A stretch of DNA of 62,054 nucleotides, filler included, from Choristocarpus tenellus KU-1152 (taxonomy: Eukaryota > Protista > Phaeophyceae), in assembly GCA_964200185.2 (NCBI GenBank). It is 13 parts of 13 records of this genome, joined end to end, with 100 filler letters (N's around TTAATTAATTAA, not from the genome) between each part and the next. Parts side by side here need not be neighbours in the genome. Positions count along the whole stretch, not along the records: positions 1 to 5,907 come from CAXNAD020009451.1; positions 6,008 to 8,858 come from CAXNAD020024195.1; positions 8,959 to 14,673 come from CAXNAD020009929.1; 10 more parts are not named here. One strand, given 5' to 3'. Both the position numbers and the translations under genes were made by a program. The notes below the pieces were generated by a model. That model saw only the letters and a list, made by a program, of their open reading frames with translations. It made no database searches and was not told the origin of the DNA. The stretch's first letter is position 1. Every line of letters starts with the position of its first letter. Positions 1 to 11,848 of the stretch are shown here, piece by piece.

Positions 1-478
1 CCTTCCCCCCACCCGCCCCCTCCCCAATCCTTACCCCTCTTTCCCCCCAACGGCACACAAGGAACCCCCCCCCCCCCCCCCAACAGCGCAAGACCCCCCA
101 AGGAAAAGAAATCACTGAATGACTACCAAACAAGAAGTGGGTCGCCCTGCTGTTTTGGACGTATCCCGAGTGCTCCTCATGGGCAACGACTTCCACAACA
201 AGGTCTAGAGTCTAGATCTCTCACGAATATATTCTGACACTTTCTCAAGGAATGGATTTGCGAAGGGTCGATTGAATAGAGGCTGCAGGAAGCACCTACA
301 AATCTGCTTGGGATTGAGGCTGACATACAAAGCAGAAAGGGGCATGTGGTGGTCGGTTGCAGCATTGCTGTTGTGGACTCATTGAATGTATGGTATCTCA
401 ACGTGAATCGCATTAGTGCCTACCAACATGAGAGTGTAGGTGAAAATGTCTCGAAGTAATCCTGTACCTTCAACTGTC

Positions 479-516
479 CCCTAAACCTAATCCTAATCCT
501 AACCCTAACCCTAACA
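479..516. repeat. Interstitial telomere-like (CCCTAA/TCCTAA)n tract
   Basis: Sequence ccctaaacctaatcctaatcctaaccctaaccctaac. Confidence 0.75.
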
Positions 517-925
517 ACATGACTTATGTGCACCGGGCGCTCAAGAGTGACACACCTGGACCGTCTAGGGTATAGTACATCTGGAGGGTTAAGTTGAGTG
601 GGCTTCCAATTTTGACAAGAATTTGGAGAGCTTTTCCCTATCGGAGTAAACATAGAGGGGCAGAAGTTTTTTTTTGGTGCTGGGTATATCATCGATGACA
701 GCAAAAGCTGAATGGATCACAGGCGTTGTTCGTTTCTTTCACAGTCGCACTAGTATTACTGCTGCGACGGCTGGTAACTACCCTACAATCCTATTTAGAG
801 ATTGACCGCATCCATGTCTCTCTACCCCTAACCCTACCTCATGTAGTAGAAAAGAAAAAAGTGAGGATATATATATATATACACACATAATTTTTCCTGA
901 GAAGGAAGCATGCACCACAACTCAC

Positions 926-3900
926 TCGTCGTAGCTCTTCTTGTGTCTGAAGATGTGGTGCATTTCCAAGTATGTATCCGCCAGGAGACCCGCCTTCATC
1001 GCTCGAAACCCCGAGTATCGGACAGGCAAGAAGATGCCAGCCACTGTGACCACATCACCTGCCAGCAAAAAAAACAAAACAGAGACACATATGTGCGTAG
1101 ACAATAAAAAAAGGTAGAAGAACATGGAAATTACGTACTCTTTTTCTTTTACATGCGTACATATTTTTTGAAAATACGTCGCGCATCAACGAAAAAAATA
1201 AAAAAGGGTCTGCGAACTGTTTTTTGTTCTATTGCATGGGGGGGGGGAGTTCCTCCTCATCCAACTCCAGAGCAAGGTGTCATATATTTGATTAGATTAG
1301 AATAGAATAGATTAGATTAGATTCCTCTTGAGTCGAATTGCATACGTCTTTTTTCTATTGAGGAAAAAAAAAATACTTCCAAGGACGGATATGGTCACTG
1401 TATCGACTTTGACAGAGGTGTGACATTTCGGATTTTGATGGGATGGTCACGATCGTACCAACTTTTCCTCATGGTCAACATCAATGACACAAATGGTCAT
1501 TAACGATTCCCAAGAGCGATGACGGGGGCGTTTTAAAAAACTTAGTGGCAAAGGGGTCAGCGATCAAATATGGTGTGTACTGGTTACTTAGTACTCCAGG
1601 GTAATGGTTAGATCTCTCTGAAAGTGGGGAAAAACCCCCCCACTATTACATTTTACATTTGATGCGTATGTACCATCATCTACTGTACCTAGTAGACGAT
1701 TAGTTGATTAAAATACGCGTAGAGTATTTATGTTCATAGATTTCAGACCAACAGTATCAGGGCGACAAGTTGGAGTTTGAAGGTCTACTGCATACACACA
1801 GTTACCGAAATATACATTTTTGTTTTTATGTGGTGAGTGCACCGCTGGACATTACGTGATGGTTACGGTGTGAATACGGTAAGGACACCCCACTACAGTA
1901 CGGTTGTGCTATGGTCATGGTTACTTCAAGAACCGCACAGTCTGGTCATGGTACTAGAATACTATCTGGACGGTAGGGTACGGTAGGGTGAATAGGACCC
2001 ACGGTCATCACGGTACCATTACGGAATTGTCACGGTTGTGCACACCTCTTCAATGTCTCCGCAGTTGCTAACAGTCAGTTGTAGATTTCTTTAGCGGTAT
2101 AAAAATGGACCAGCAGTCAAAATTGACCCCACAACCGTAACGGATAACACTGAAACAATATCTAGAAAATCTATACCATTAATAAATCCTTGTATTAGTG
2201 CTAACTGTACACATAGACACGAATCCGCAGTACGTCATCGAACACCTAGAGGATCCTTCCCAAATAGACGCTAGTCTATTATATTTGGGCACTCCCTAGA
2301 GATGAGGAGCGACACGGCTGTCACCATACGTCTGTCATCCAGTCCCTTTCTCTCAACGAGCCCTCCCCCTCTGTCACAGGAGCGGTCTACAAGTGGGCTC
2401 AGGGTTATCGTCTTAGGCACAAATGAGACAAATAAATGTCATGGTATGTATACACATACTAGATGTACATACATATAATGTTGGATATGAATGCCGGCTG
2501 CCTGCCTGCCTGCCTGAGTGTCTCCTGCATACTACAATGACCTGAGCAAGAGGCGTTCTGTTTTGCAACAATTTTCACAAATTAACACACCCCTATTAGG
2601 ATCGTAAATACACCCGCCAACCATCTCTCCACCTCCCCCAACTATTACAACTCCCGACTGAATGACTCTTTACGCAACCCAATTGAATATATTTTTTTTT
2701 GGGGGGGGGGTTGGGGTTGGATACATTTGCAAGGTTGAGTATCTTGTATAGGACATAGCGTTTAATAATTTTTTTTATCTGATCGTCAGAGTCGTAAAGG
2801 TGACTCTGCCCTGCCCAAGCTCCCCATTATTTTCACCTGGAGAGCACTGTCTTGTTAATTCCCCCCGGCAGTGCACAGTCATAGTCCGAGGGATGTGCCC
2901 AATGGGAACCTGGTCAGGAAGTTCTTGGATACGGACTTCTTGGTACCTGACAAATCGAGAACCCCGTGTCTGCACAGCCCATTAAAAAAAAAAACTAAAG
3001 CAGATCAAACACATGTGTGCATAAAATTAAGTGATAGGTGTTGAGTTGACGCACGTACATACGTACAAAAACAAAAAAAACTGTGCCAATGACAAGTAAA
3101 GCACACACACTTCAAAAACAAAAAAAATGGAAGGGACGAAAAGCAGCTAATTCATTGTGAAAGTTTTTGTTGGGACTTTAGGGTTAGGGCAGCGAACACA
3201 AGAGCCAGTGCGTCCTCCTCCTCCGAAACTTTCTGTGCGCAGGAGGAGGCGTGTGTATTCTGTACAGGTACCGTAAGCAAGCAGTTCTGTAGGCACAAGT
3301 GTGAGGGAAGGGCAGTGGCATGACAAAGGGGTAGGGGGGGGAGGGGGAAGGGGGTGGGGGGAAGGGGTAAAAAGCTCGCCTGCATGAAGAGCTTTCCGGT
3401 GGAGCCGTTCTGCCTGCACTGAATGGTTGGGCACTTATCTCGTGGGGTGAACTGTCGATTGAGGACCTCGTGGTAGACCTCGTAACTGAAAACAGTTACA
3501 GAGTGAGCGACGACAAACTTTGATCATCGGAGAGAGAGGGAATTGAGAGGGGAGGCGAGACGGCACTACTACCTCTCTAGGTGTAGGACATGCTTTACAT
3601 TCGACAGCAATGCAATACCAAAACAACAGGCGATCCGGTGTAGTAAGGGGACTACACGTGCAAGGGGAGGTGGGGGAATGGAACTCTTGCAGGGGAAAAA
3701 AAGGGCACAGGTCAAAAGTAGTAATGGGCTACGGAATCCGCGTCAAACCCTCAGCAGATATGCACCTTATTGTTTTTGTTCAAAAATATGGTGCAATATT
3801 CTTCAGAGAGAGAGAGAGAGAGAAAAAAGAAAAGGAATGTTACAACCGATACCATCTCGATACGTTTTCTTGTGCATATTCTAGAAATGTATACACTCGG

Positions 3901-4745
3901 AAGATACATAAATACATACATATATATACATTTGTTTTTTTAACAGTGCACAATAAACAAAAAAAAGGAAAGGAGCACAAGTTGCACGCAAAGCAAATCT
4001 CGAACACGTAAAAAAATGTAAAGAATAATAATAAAAAACCCGTTGCTCAAAGCCACACCAGATGCATTGCTCCCACGATAGTATACTTAATTGTATATAA
4101 TCTCACTCTCTTACAAAACCACCGAAAAAAAAAGAAGGAACCACCCCCCCACCCCCCCCCAAAAAGGGTCTATATACACCATTGCATATATATACATCAA
4201 AAGAGAAGAACATCCTGTGCAGTGCTTTTACCCACCACCGCCAGTTACAAAAGCTACCAAGGTGAAGAGGAAACAGATTTGGACTTTGTCCAGATGATGC
4301 CCAAGCACATCGGGGCAATCCACGCCATGGGGTGTTCAGAACAGCGTCTTCTCAAGGCGATTCCTGTACGAGGATGAGGTGACTCGAAAGTACCCCCACC
4401 CGCCCTCCTGCCCCTTCACCAGGAATGACCCTAACCCTAACCCTAACCCTAATCCTAATCCTAACCCCATCTGCCTATTCCCGTCCCGCCCTATAACCAT
4501 AAGAACGCTTTTCTTCTTTATCTAATTTTATTTTATTTTTTCACTGTTGACAAGAGTGCTCGGGGGTTTGGGAACAGGGTTCTGCCGGTCGTTTCGGCTA
4601 TAACACGAACACAGTTGAATCAAGGCATTTCTTACCCACAGGTGTCGCATGTGTAGGTTACAACAGTTACAAGGGGTTGCACGTCGGAGACCCTTGTGAC
4701 CATGGCTCGGATACGCACCAGACGCCCCACGTCTGCAGCTCTCAC
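926..4745 (-). CDS. MCM7: DNA replication licensing factor MCM7, partial (4 internal exons: 4745-4636, 3485-3380, 2969-2837, 1058-926)
   Basis: The exons splice in phase to [148 protein letters not shown]. This is the MCM C4 zinc finger plus OB fold, with the MCM7-type QVPxGHIPR and [10 protein letters not shown] motifs. Acceptors are AG and donors GT, except one GC. Confidence 0.93.
4429..4467. repeat. Interstitial telomere-like (CCCTAA)n tract inside an MCM7 intron
   Basis: Sequence ccctaaccctaaccctaaccctaatcctaatcctaaccc. Confidence 0.8.
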
Positions 4746-5907
4746 CTTTCCACAAAAGCGTTTATCATATGTTATTTAATATTATTGTCATTATTATTTT
4801 TATCATTAGTTTTTTATTATTGCGCGCTTTGGCACAAGGGGGATTGAAAAAAAGTAAGCGCTCACATTTCTTTGTTTTTCTTATTTTTATACATGTTTTG
4901 AAAAAAAACATGAGAGGCGAGGTGGTCTTTTGTGAGATTGGAGGGTGAGGGTCAAGGAAGAGCTACGATATTGATAACACTCATTCCACCTGTTCGAACT
5001 TGATCTTTGCAAAACATCAGAGCAGCATGGACGAGCTCCACAGCTGTACAAAAAGAAGAAGAGGTACTACATTGGTGTGAAACGCCTTACTTCTGTTGAG
5101 AAAATCCTGTAACAAAAAACAAAATATAACAAATTCTCCGGTTAAGGAGTGATATAACTGTATACAGTAAGAACAGTGAAGGTAAGTGTGTCACTGCATT
5201 TTTCTGAACATCAACTGCACAGTAGCAATGGGGCTATGATAAAACCACTATATATTTTCGTAACCAGTAATAATACATCATTGCTACAGGGAGGGGCGTG
5301 ACCACCAGCAGCAACAATAACAACAACAACAGGAGGAGGAGGGGGACGAGGAATAGAACAGAGTGGGCAGGACAAAACTGTGGAAAACACACGCGTGCAC
5401 ACCCACACACACTACACGCACACACATAAATTCCTCTTGGAAGTGGGGAGGGTCAAACACAAACCCTAACAAAGGTAAAAAGGAGGAGGTCTGATCTGGA
5501 CACAAACAAGAGGGTGGATTGCGCCACTCTTGTGTCCGCATCTCACTCAAGAAGGTTCAGGGACAGGGACGTCAGGGAAAAAGAAAATTTAACACCATAT
5601 ACTTCAAATAGTTAAAAAAACACACACTATCAATACTACAGCAACACAACAACCCTAAGCCTAGTCCAATTCAATACCCCAACTGGATGGCAGTACCTCC
5701 CTCTCCCTCTTCCAAGAAAAATTCGGAGTTGGTGACCATTGGGGAAGAGGGGGGGAGGAGTATCTCAATTGAAAACTTAGATCAAACTGTAGAGCAGGTG
5801 CTTGAACAAAGAGATATTCTAGCACTATGCGCTATATCAACTAGTACATAACAACCTGGGATAGTGGGATTGAACATGGATATTTCCATGGGGTCAAAGT
5901 ATCTGGG

Positions 5908-6007
5908 NNNNNNNNNNNNNNNNNNNNNNNNNNNNNNNNNNNNNNNNNNNNTTAATTAATTAANNNNNNNNNNNNNNNNNNNNNNNNNNNNNNNNNNNNN
6001 NNNNNNN
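5908..6007. other. Artificial contig linker N44-TTAATTAATTAA-N44 (first of 12)
   Basis: The identical 100-nt spacer occurs at 5908-6007, 8859-8958, 14674-14773, 20059-20158, 23979-24078, 29678-29777, 35405-35504, 40023-40122, 44241-44340, 51961-52060, 55293-55392 and 57953-58052. The 12-mer gives stops in all six frames. Confidence 0.97.
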
Positions 6008-7753
6008 GACGCAGGGCTATAGACACTAAATGGATTCACAAACGTAAGACTAACAAATTTGGTGAGGTAGTTAGATACAAGGCACGTTTGGTAGCAAAAG
6101 GTTTTCGACAGATTGAGGGTTTAGATTATCAAGATACCTTTGCACCAACATCGTCCCCTGCATCTTTGAGAATGGTTTTAGCTTTAGCTGTAGACAAGGA
6201 TTGGGAATTGAAACATTGGGATGTTAAAAACAGGCATTTATACAAGCAGATATTAATGAAGAGATTTTTGTTCGTTTATGTGATGGATGTGGTGTATGGT
6301 CTGGAAAAATTGTACGTTTGTTCAAGGCACTTTATGGCACCAAACAGGCAAGCAGAGAGTTTAATAATCTGTTGGTGCACGTTTTGGAAAAGTGTGGTTT
6401 TGAGCAATGCAAATCAGACCCTTGTGTGTTACGCTATGTAAGAGATGGTGTTGTTTGTGCTGTAGTAGCCCCCCACGTAGATGATCTATCGGTAGCTGGT
6501 AAAATTGATGTTTTGATTTGGGTTCGCTCTAGGATCAAAGAGCAGTTTTCCATGGAAGACTTTGGTGATCTTGAGTATTATTTAGGTTGTGAGATTTCAC
6601 GTGACAGAACTACACAGACTGTCACCATCAGTCAGACTAGGTACATTAAGAGTGTTTGTCAAAAATTTGCTATGGATGGGGCAAAGAAGAGGTCGGTACC
6701 CCATGATTTCTCGAGGACTCAAGACAAGAGCGAGAATCATCCAAGTGTTGATACAAATACACCGTACAGAGAGGCAGTTGGTAGTTTGATGTGGGCATCT
6801 GTTATGACCAGGGTTGATATTGCAAATGCAGTTCGTGTAGTTGCCAAGTACAGTAGCAATCCCAAAGTCACACATTGGCGTGCCGTGAAATGCATTTTAG
6901 CATATTTGAATACATGTCCCAGTGCTGGATTGAGTTTTGGTGGTTTTGATACTGAGTGCGAGTTGAGTGTGTATGCTGATGCTAGTTATGCTGGAGACTG
7001 GAAAGGTCGTAGATCAGTGACTGGAGGAGCAATATCTTGGATGTCAAAGGTACAAAGAGTTGTAGCTCTGTCTTCCACAGAGAGTGAATACATCGCTCTT
7101 AGTAGTGTGGCACAGGAATTGCTTTTCTTGAGAGGTGTTCTTGAGTTTATTCAGCCACAGTTTCCTAGGCGTTGCATTGAATTGTTTGAGGATAACGATG
7201 GTGCATGCAAACTAGTACGAAATGCCATAAGCTTTACTAGAACAAAGCACATTGATGTCCGACATTTTCTGAGGGATTTGTCTAGAAAAGGAGAGATTCG
7301 TGTTGTTTTTGTTGGCACTGCAAATCAGAGGGCAGATGTATTGACCAAGAATTTGCCAGTCCGAGTTTATAGGCAACATGTAAAGTTTTTGATGAACATG
7401 TGACACAACATGTGCGTTTTATTTCTTGTTGTGATTGTTTGAGAGTTAATACTTGTTTTCAGCAAGGGGAGGATGTAGAATAACCTAGTGTTATCCTTAC
7501 GTTATCTGTGCTGATCCATGTAAACAACACAGCTTATATGTACGTTGATCTTTAGTTTAGTACTATACAAGGTAGTAACATACACAGCGGTATGTTATGG
7601 TGAGTTAGTGGGACATTACAAATGATATAGTGGGACAATAGCATCAAGTGGACAATACCTTGCGGATAATATATAATTCAGTGTGTGCTTTACCATGCAA
7701 TTCAACTGCTAGCTTTCGGCGATAGAGCCTTACGTGCGCCAAACTTTTCAACA
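6008..7753 (+). mobile_element. Ty1/copia LTR retrotransposon 3' part: RT-RNase H, PPT and 3' LTR (7474-7753); defective
   Basis: Motifs KW..KRK..RYKARLVAKGF.Q.EG.DY.DTFAP, KALYGTKQA, HVDD (the YVDD position), PYREAVGSLMW, YADASYA and STESEY..RTKHIDVR. There is a frameshift near 6230. A purine tract (agcaaggggagga, 7461-7473) is followed by TGTAGAA...TTCAACA inverted LTR ends. Confidence 0.93.
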
Positions 7754-8858
7754 GAGGCGGGTGGCCGATGAAGAGGTCGTGCGGAGGGGTGTTGGGGTCG
7801 ATAACAACGTTGGCGCCTATCCCACTCTATGTGGTGCTGTGCATGTATTGCTTTACGCTAACCTTAACCCGCCCATCACCGCCTTTTTCAACGCGAAAAG
7901 CCCGGTAGCTCGTGATATTGGGACCACGTTTGACGCAATCGCCAAGGAGTCCCTTGAAGTTGCTCTCGTTCCGTAGGGTCTTGCAGTAGACTGGAACCTC
8001 CGTGTAAGAGGCCTGCAGCTCTTCACCCAGCTGTGTTCTTGTGAATATATTCTTCCCTTTGATGCCACGTGAGAACCTGAAGGTGAAATGCAAGCAAGTT
8101 AATTTTGAGGCGGGGGCGAAAGAAGTGGAGAAGCATGATATACATGCAGGTACATGCTCTGATGCATGCATATTGAAGTATAAATATAAAAAGGGGTGAT
8201 GCGTACATTTTTTTATTGTTTTGTTTCGAGACTGGGTTACAACACCGTTTTGCCAGCTGCTCTTCTTGTGCTATTTTGTTGTGGGGAAATCAAACGTCAA
8301 TCAATCAATTTCAGTGTATGACCATAAACCTTCCAGAGACGCAACAAGCGTGAACTGCAAGCTTCAAGGCAGTATCTGGCCGTGTAAAAACACCATGTGG
8401 CTATCGCATTTATATCTTGCCTAATTACCTGGAGAAGATCTGATCGATCTTGATGTGTGTGTGCCCCACCATCATAAAATGTATCTCGATCAGACGAATG
8501 ACACTCACTGCGACCAATAGCCCCGCATATCCGAGAACGAAGTTGTTCTTGTTCTCTGAGACGCAGTTGTCGCCCTGGCCAGTTTGGGGAGTTGGGAGCG
8601 AGGGAGGGATAGAGGTGTGAGGTCGATATGTCAGCCCATTTCACCACGTTTCGTGGAGAAACAGTGCATGTTTCCAAGTTCTAGAGCGCAAGCTCTACAT
8701 CACTGCCATCGTACATGCAGGTTGCAACCCACAAACCAAAACTAAACACTGTGCAGTTAGTTACTTGGTGGCCGGTATTTGGCGAGTATATGTTGTTGAG
8801 TAGGTCGTGTCAAGATGAAACTTTCTTTCCTGCCAATGCGTGTGCTGGATGATGCAAC
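7754..8858 (-). mobile_element. Sola-like DDE transposase pseudogene fragment, copy 1 (intron-containing)
   Basis: An exon at about 8574-8429 encodes DNCVSENKNN...FMMVGHTHIKIDQIFS and the next exon encodes FSRGIKGKNIFTRTQLGEELQASY. It is collinear, including introns, with 21720-22830 in inverted orientation. Confidence 0.75.
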
Positions 8859-11848
8859 NNNNNNNNNNNNNNNNNNNNNNNNNNNNNNNNNNNNNNNNNN
8901 NNTTAATTAATTAANNNNNNNNNNNNNNNNNNNNNNNNNNNNNNNNNNNNNNNNNNNNCCCCCAGATACTTTGACCCTAAATTGCACTGGTTTATCACGT
9001 GGGTCGTTCTCGCAAGAACTGACCTTATAAATATCATGTTATATTCATTCCAAACGGAGAAAGTAATACTATAGGAAAGAATGAAATTAGAAATATCAAA
9101 CAGTTTGGAGGTGGTACTTCGCGGAAATATGCTTGAGCGAACAGAACCAAAGGTAGTACTCGAGATTATTTAAGAAGAGTGTTTTGTGCAAAAGACGTTC
9201 CAGAGGAGAAGGCCCCAGCATTGCCCTGACAACCGCAATGGACGCTACGTGCACGTTTTGTCCTAGACACGGACTCAAAGACCAAATATGGACCCAGGTG
9301 TCAGTTAGTTGTTGTATGGACAATTGAAGCTTGTATAGCAACCAGCGCCTGAACGTCATTCTTGTGACGGGTTCTATAGATTAGTTCGGTCAATGGACAA
9401 AACAGACATGAAATAAATGGTAGCCCGATTATATGCGATATGGTTCAACACTCTAGGGTAACCAATAGAAGTGTTGACCATCACATTTCCCAAGATTGGA
9501 TTTCTATCAAATACAGTAATTCGAGTACAAGGTAATCCTCTTTTTTCATACATTTTTGAACTGTTTCCTTTCTTTGAACCAGTATGCGGTCTTTCTTTTC
9601 AAGAATATGTAAGAGAGGGGAACCAAAAGGTGCCTTCATAGTTAGTTGCTGTTACCGTATGGTGTGTGCTGATGATGTAGGCGTTGTATTAATGACTAAA
9701 GAGAGTTTTATTCAAAATAATCAGGACTTTTTACCGGGCCAGGAAATTATAGAAGTGCCGTCTACTGGCTGGACCAGTCCCACGATTATTTAACATGTTT
9801 TAGTCCATGTCCACCAGGTATTCGACCGGTCTATGTCCGCCAGCCTGTTTGGTCCCACAATTATTTAACGTGTCCGGGCCCATGTCCACCAGGTGTTGAA
9901 CTGGTCCATATCCGTTGACCAGACCAGGTCAAATATTCTCCGACATGCCCAGACCATGTTCACGGGATATTATTCCGGTCTATGTCCACTTGGAAGTCAG
10001 TCTATCTTTTTCGCTTGCGCATGTCCAGACCATGGCCACCAACCTGGCCATTTTTTTTCGCTGACCAACCTTCCGGATGATGCAGAGGAGCAAGAGAGGG
10101 AAAGTTCTTTGCCAGCGCTAGCCTGCCACCTGAGAAAGTGTGCAGAAGGTGCCAATGCATGGGCCTCTACGCAACCCCTGGAGCCAGCACACTGGTGCCG
10201 TTATACAGAATTTAGACTTACATTTAACTCTGGATACTTCTCCTTTACTTAGCCTCACTTATTTGTGAAAAATATCCCCAATCAAACAAGGAAACATTCT
10301 AGAAGAAGTGACGGAGGAATATAGTGTGTTTTGGGGAACCACAACCCCTCAAGAATCCACCACTGTTCACTTTTTCACACTAATTTCCCAGAAAGTAACT
10401 CTAACTTTAACCTTAACGTACTTGTAACCGTAACCGAAACCGTAACTTGTGTGTCAAAAACAACCTTAACCTTTGATTGAAGTGAAAAAAATATGGCAAT
10501 TGAGGTTCCCCGAGCAAGGACGGTGGAGGCTCCGGAAGATAGGAGGACTCCCTTGTGCACTTCCCTGTCTTGGTTTCCTGGGTCTCAGCAACTTCACCAT
10601 GGTAACCAATAGGTAAGTCTTAGCGCATATTAGCCCCCCAAAGTACAAGGGTGTGTGAGGAACACTGTGAAAGTGCCAAGATCTCGTTGGTTCTGTGATA
10701 GGTGAATCGCAGTCGTCACTCTGAGCTCTTCAAAAACAAAGGGACGGCTGACCCTCAAATAAATGTCTTAACCCCAGGTTCTCAATTTCAGTTGAAGCAA
10801 ATCAGGCTGGTACATAAATTTTACCACACAACAGGCGTCTCAGAACGACTGGGTGATGACACAGCAGAAGCAGAGATTAGTCAGAATCGGAATTGGAACT
10901 TCGATGATTACTACTGTCCTTCTAGGTGTTCTCCTAGATCTGGAGTTTGTGTGAATGTGTGGTTTGTGGACTTGTGACGATGAAGTTCAAGGTCAAAATG
11001 TGGCGCGCGAAAATGGGTATGATTGCGCGCTTTATCGAGATAACTATTTGGAGATGGTAGATGGAACCTGTTAATATAGAGGTAATAGTTAAGATTTTGG
11101 GGATTACGGACAGAATTCCTACTCCATACCCTAGCTGTCGATCCAGTTGAAACTGTGATGTCTTCTGTAAGAGGTGAGCAACGCATCCCATTCAAGAGAT
11201 GTACCTCTCGCAGCTTAGTCACACCTGAACTTACCAGCCATCCAAACTTTTTCCAATCTTCTGGTTAGTGGTGTAGGTTTGTAGGTGGATGCACGGATAG
11301 TCTCCCCAGTGGTTTCATGCCATCATGTCTATTGTAGAGGTTCAACTTGTGCCACCACTTTCAAGGAAATTCGTTGACTATTTTGATTTCGCTGCAGCCT
11401 TTTGTTCTACCAGTTTGGCCCTTTACTTTTACTCATTCATGCTCGGCCCTTCTTCTATCTTCCCTAAAACCTTCCTCTCCTTGTGGACTTTGCAACCCAA
11501 CCACCTTACTACCTTACATTCAACTTTGCCTCTGACAGGCAAGCCGAGGCCAAAGGCATACCTTTCGATCTCGGAGTACCTTCGGAAGGCAGGACCCCAT
11601 AAAACTCTCAATAAGTGGGTTTTTCTATACTTCTTTTTCGTATTCCCAGCTTCAGTTTATTCTTTCAAATGCTTGATCTGTTCAGTCTCCTCCACATAGA
11701 TATGCCTCCATCTCACATTTACGTTGCAATAAGAAGGTAGGATGAAGTCTTAGGGCAATATAGGGTTGACTCCGATGGTGTCTCCTTTTTGTTTGGTGTA
11801 CTCAGCCTAACCTCCTTGGGTGTCGCCCACTGCCATGATCGGGCACAG

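Noticed and set aside
1414-2049. hAT-like element bounded by AGAGGTGTG...CACACCTCT with ACGGT-rich repeats
   Set aside because: The inverted match is only about 9 bp and there is no 8-bp TSD.
4980-5110. Additional upstream MCM7 exon
   Set aside because: No frame resembles the expected MCM7 sequence preceding VRAADVG.
5952-5963. Recurrent TTAATTAATTAA as a biological motif or piggyBac-type target site
   Set aside because: It is always centred in an identical 100-nt N block, so it is an artificial linker.
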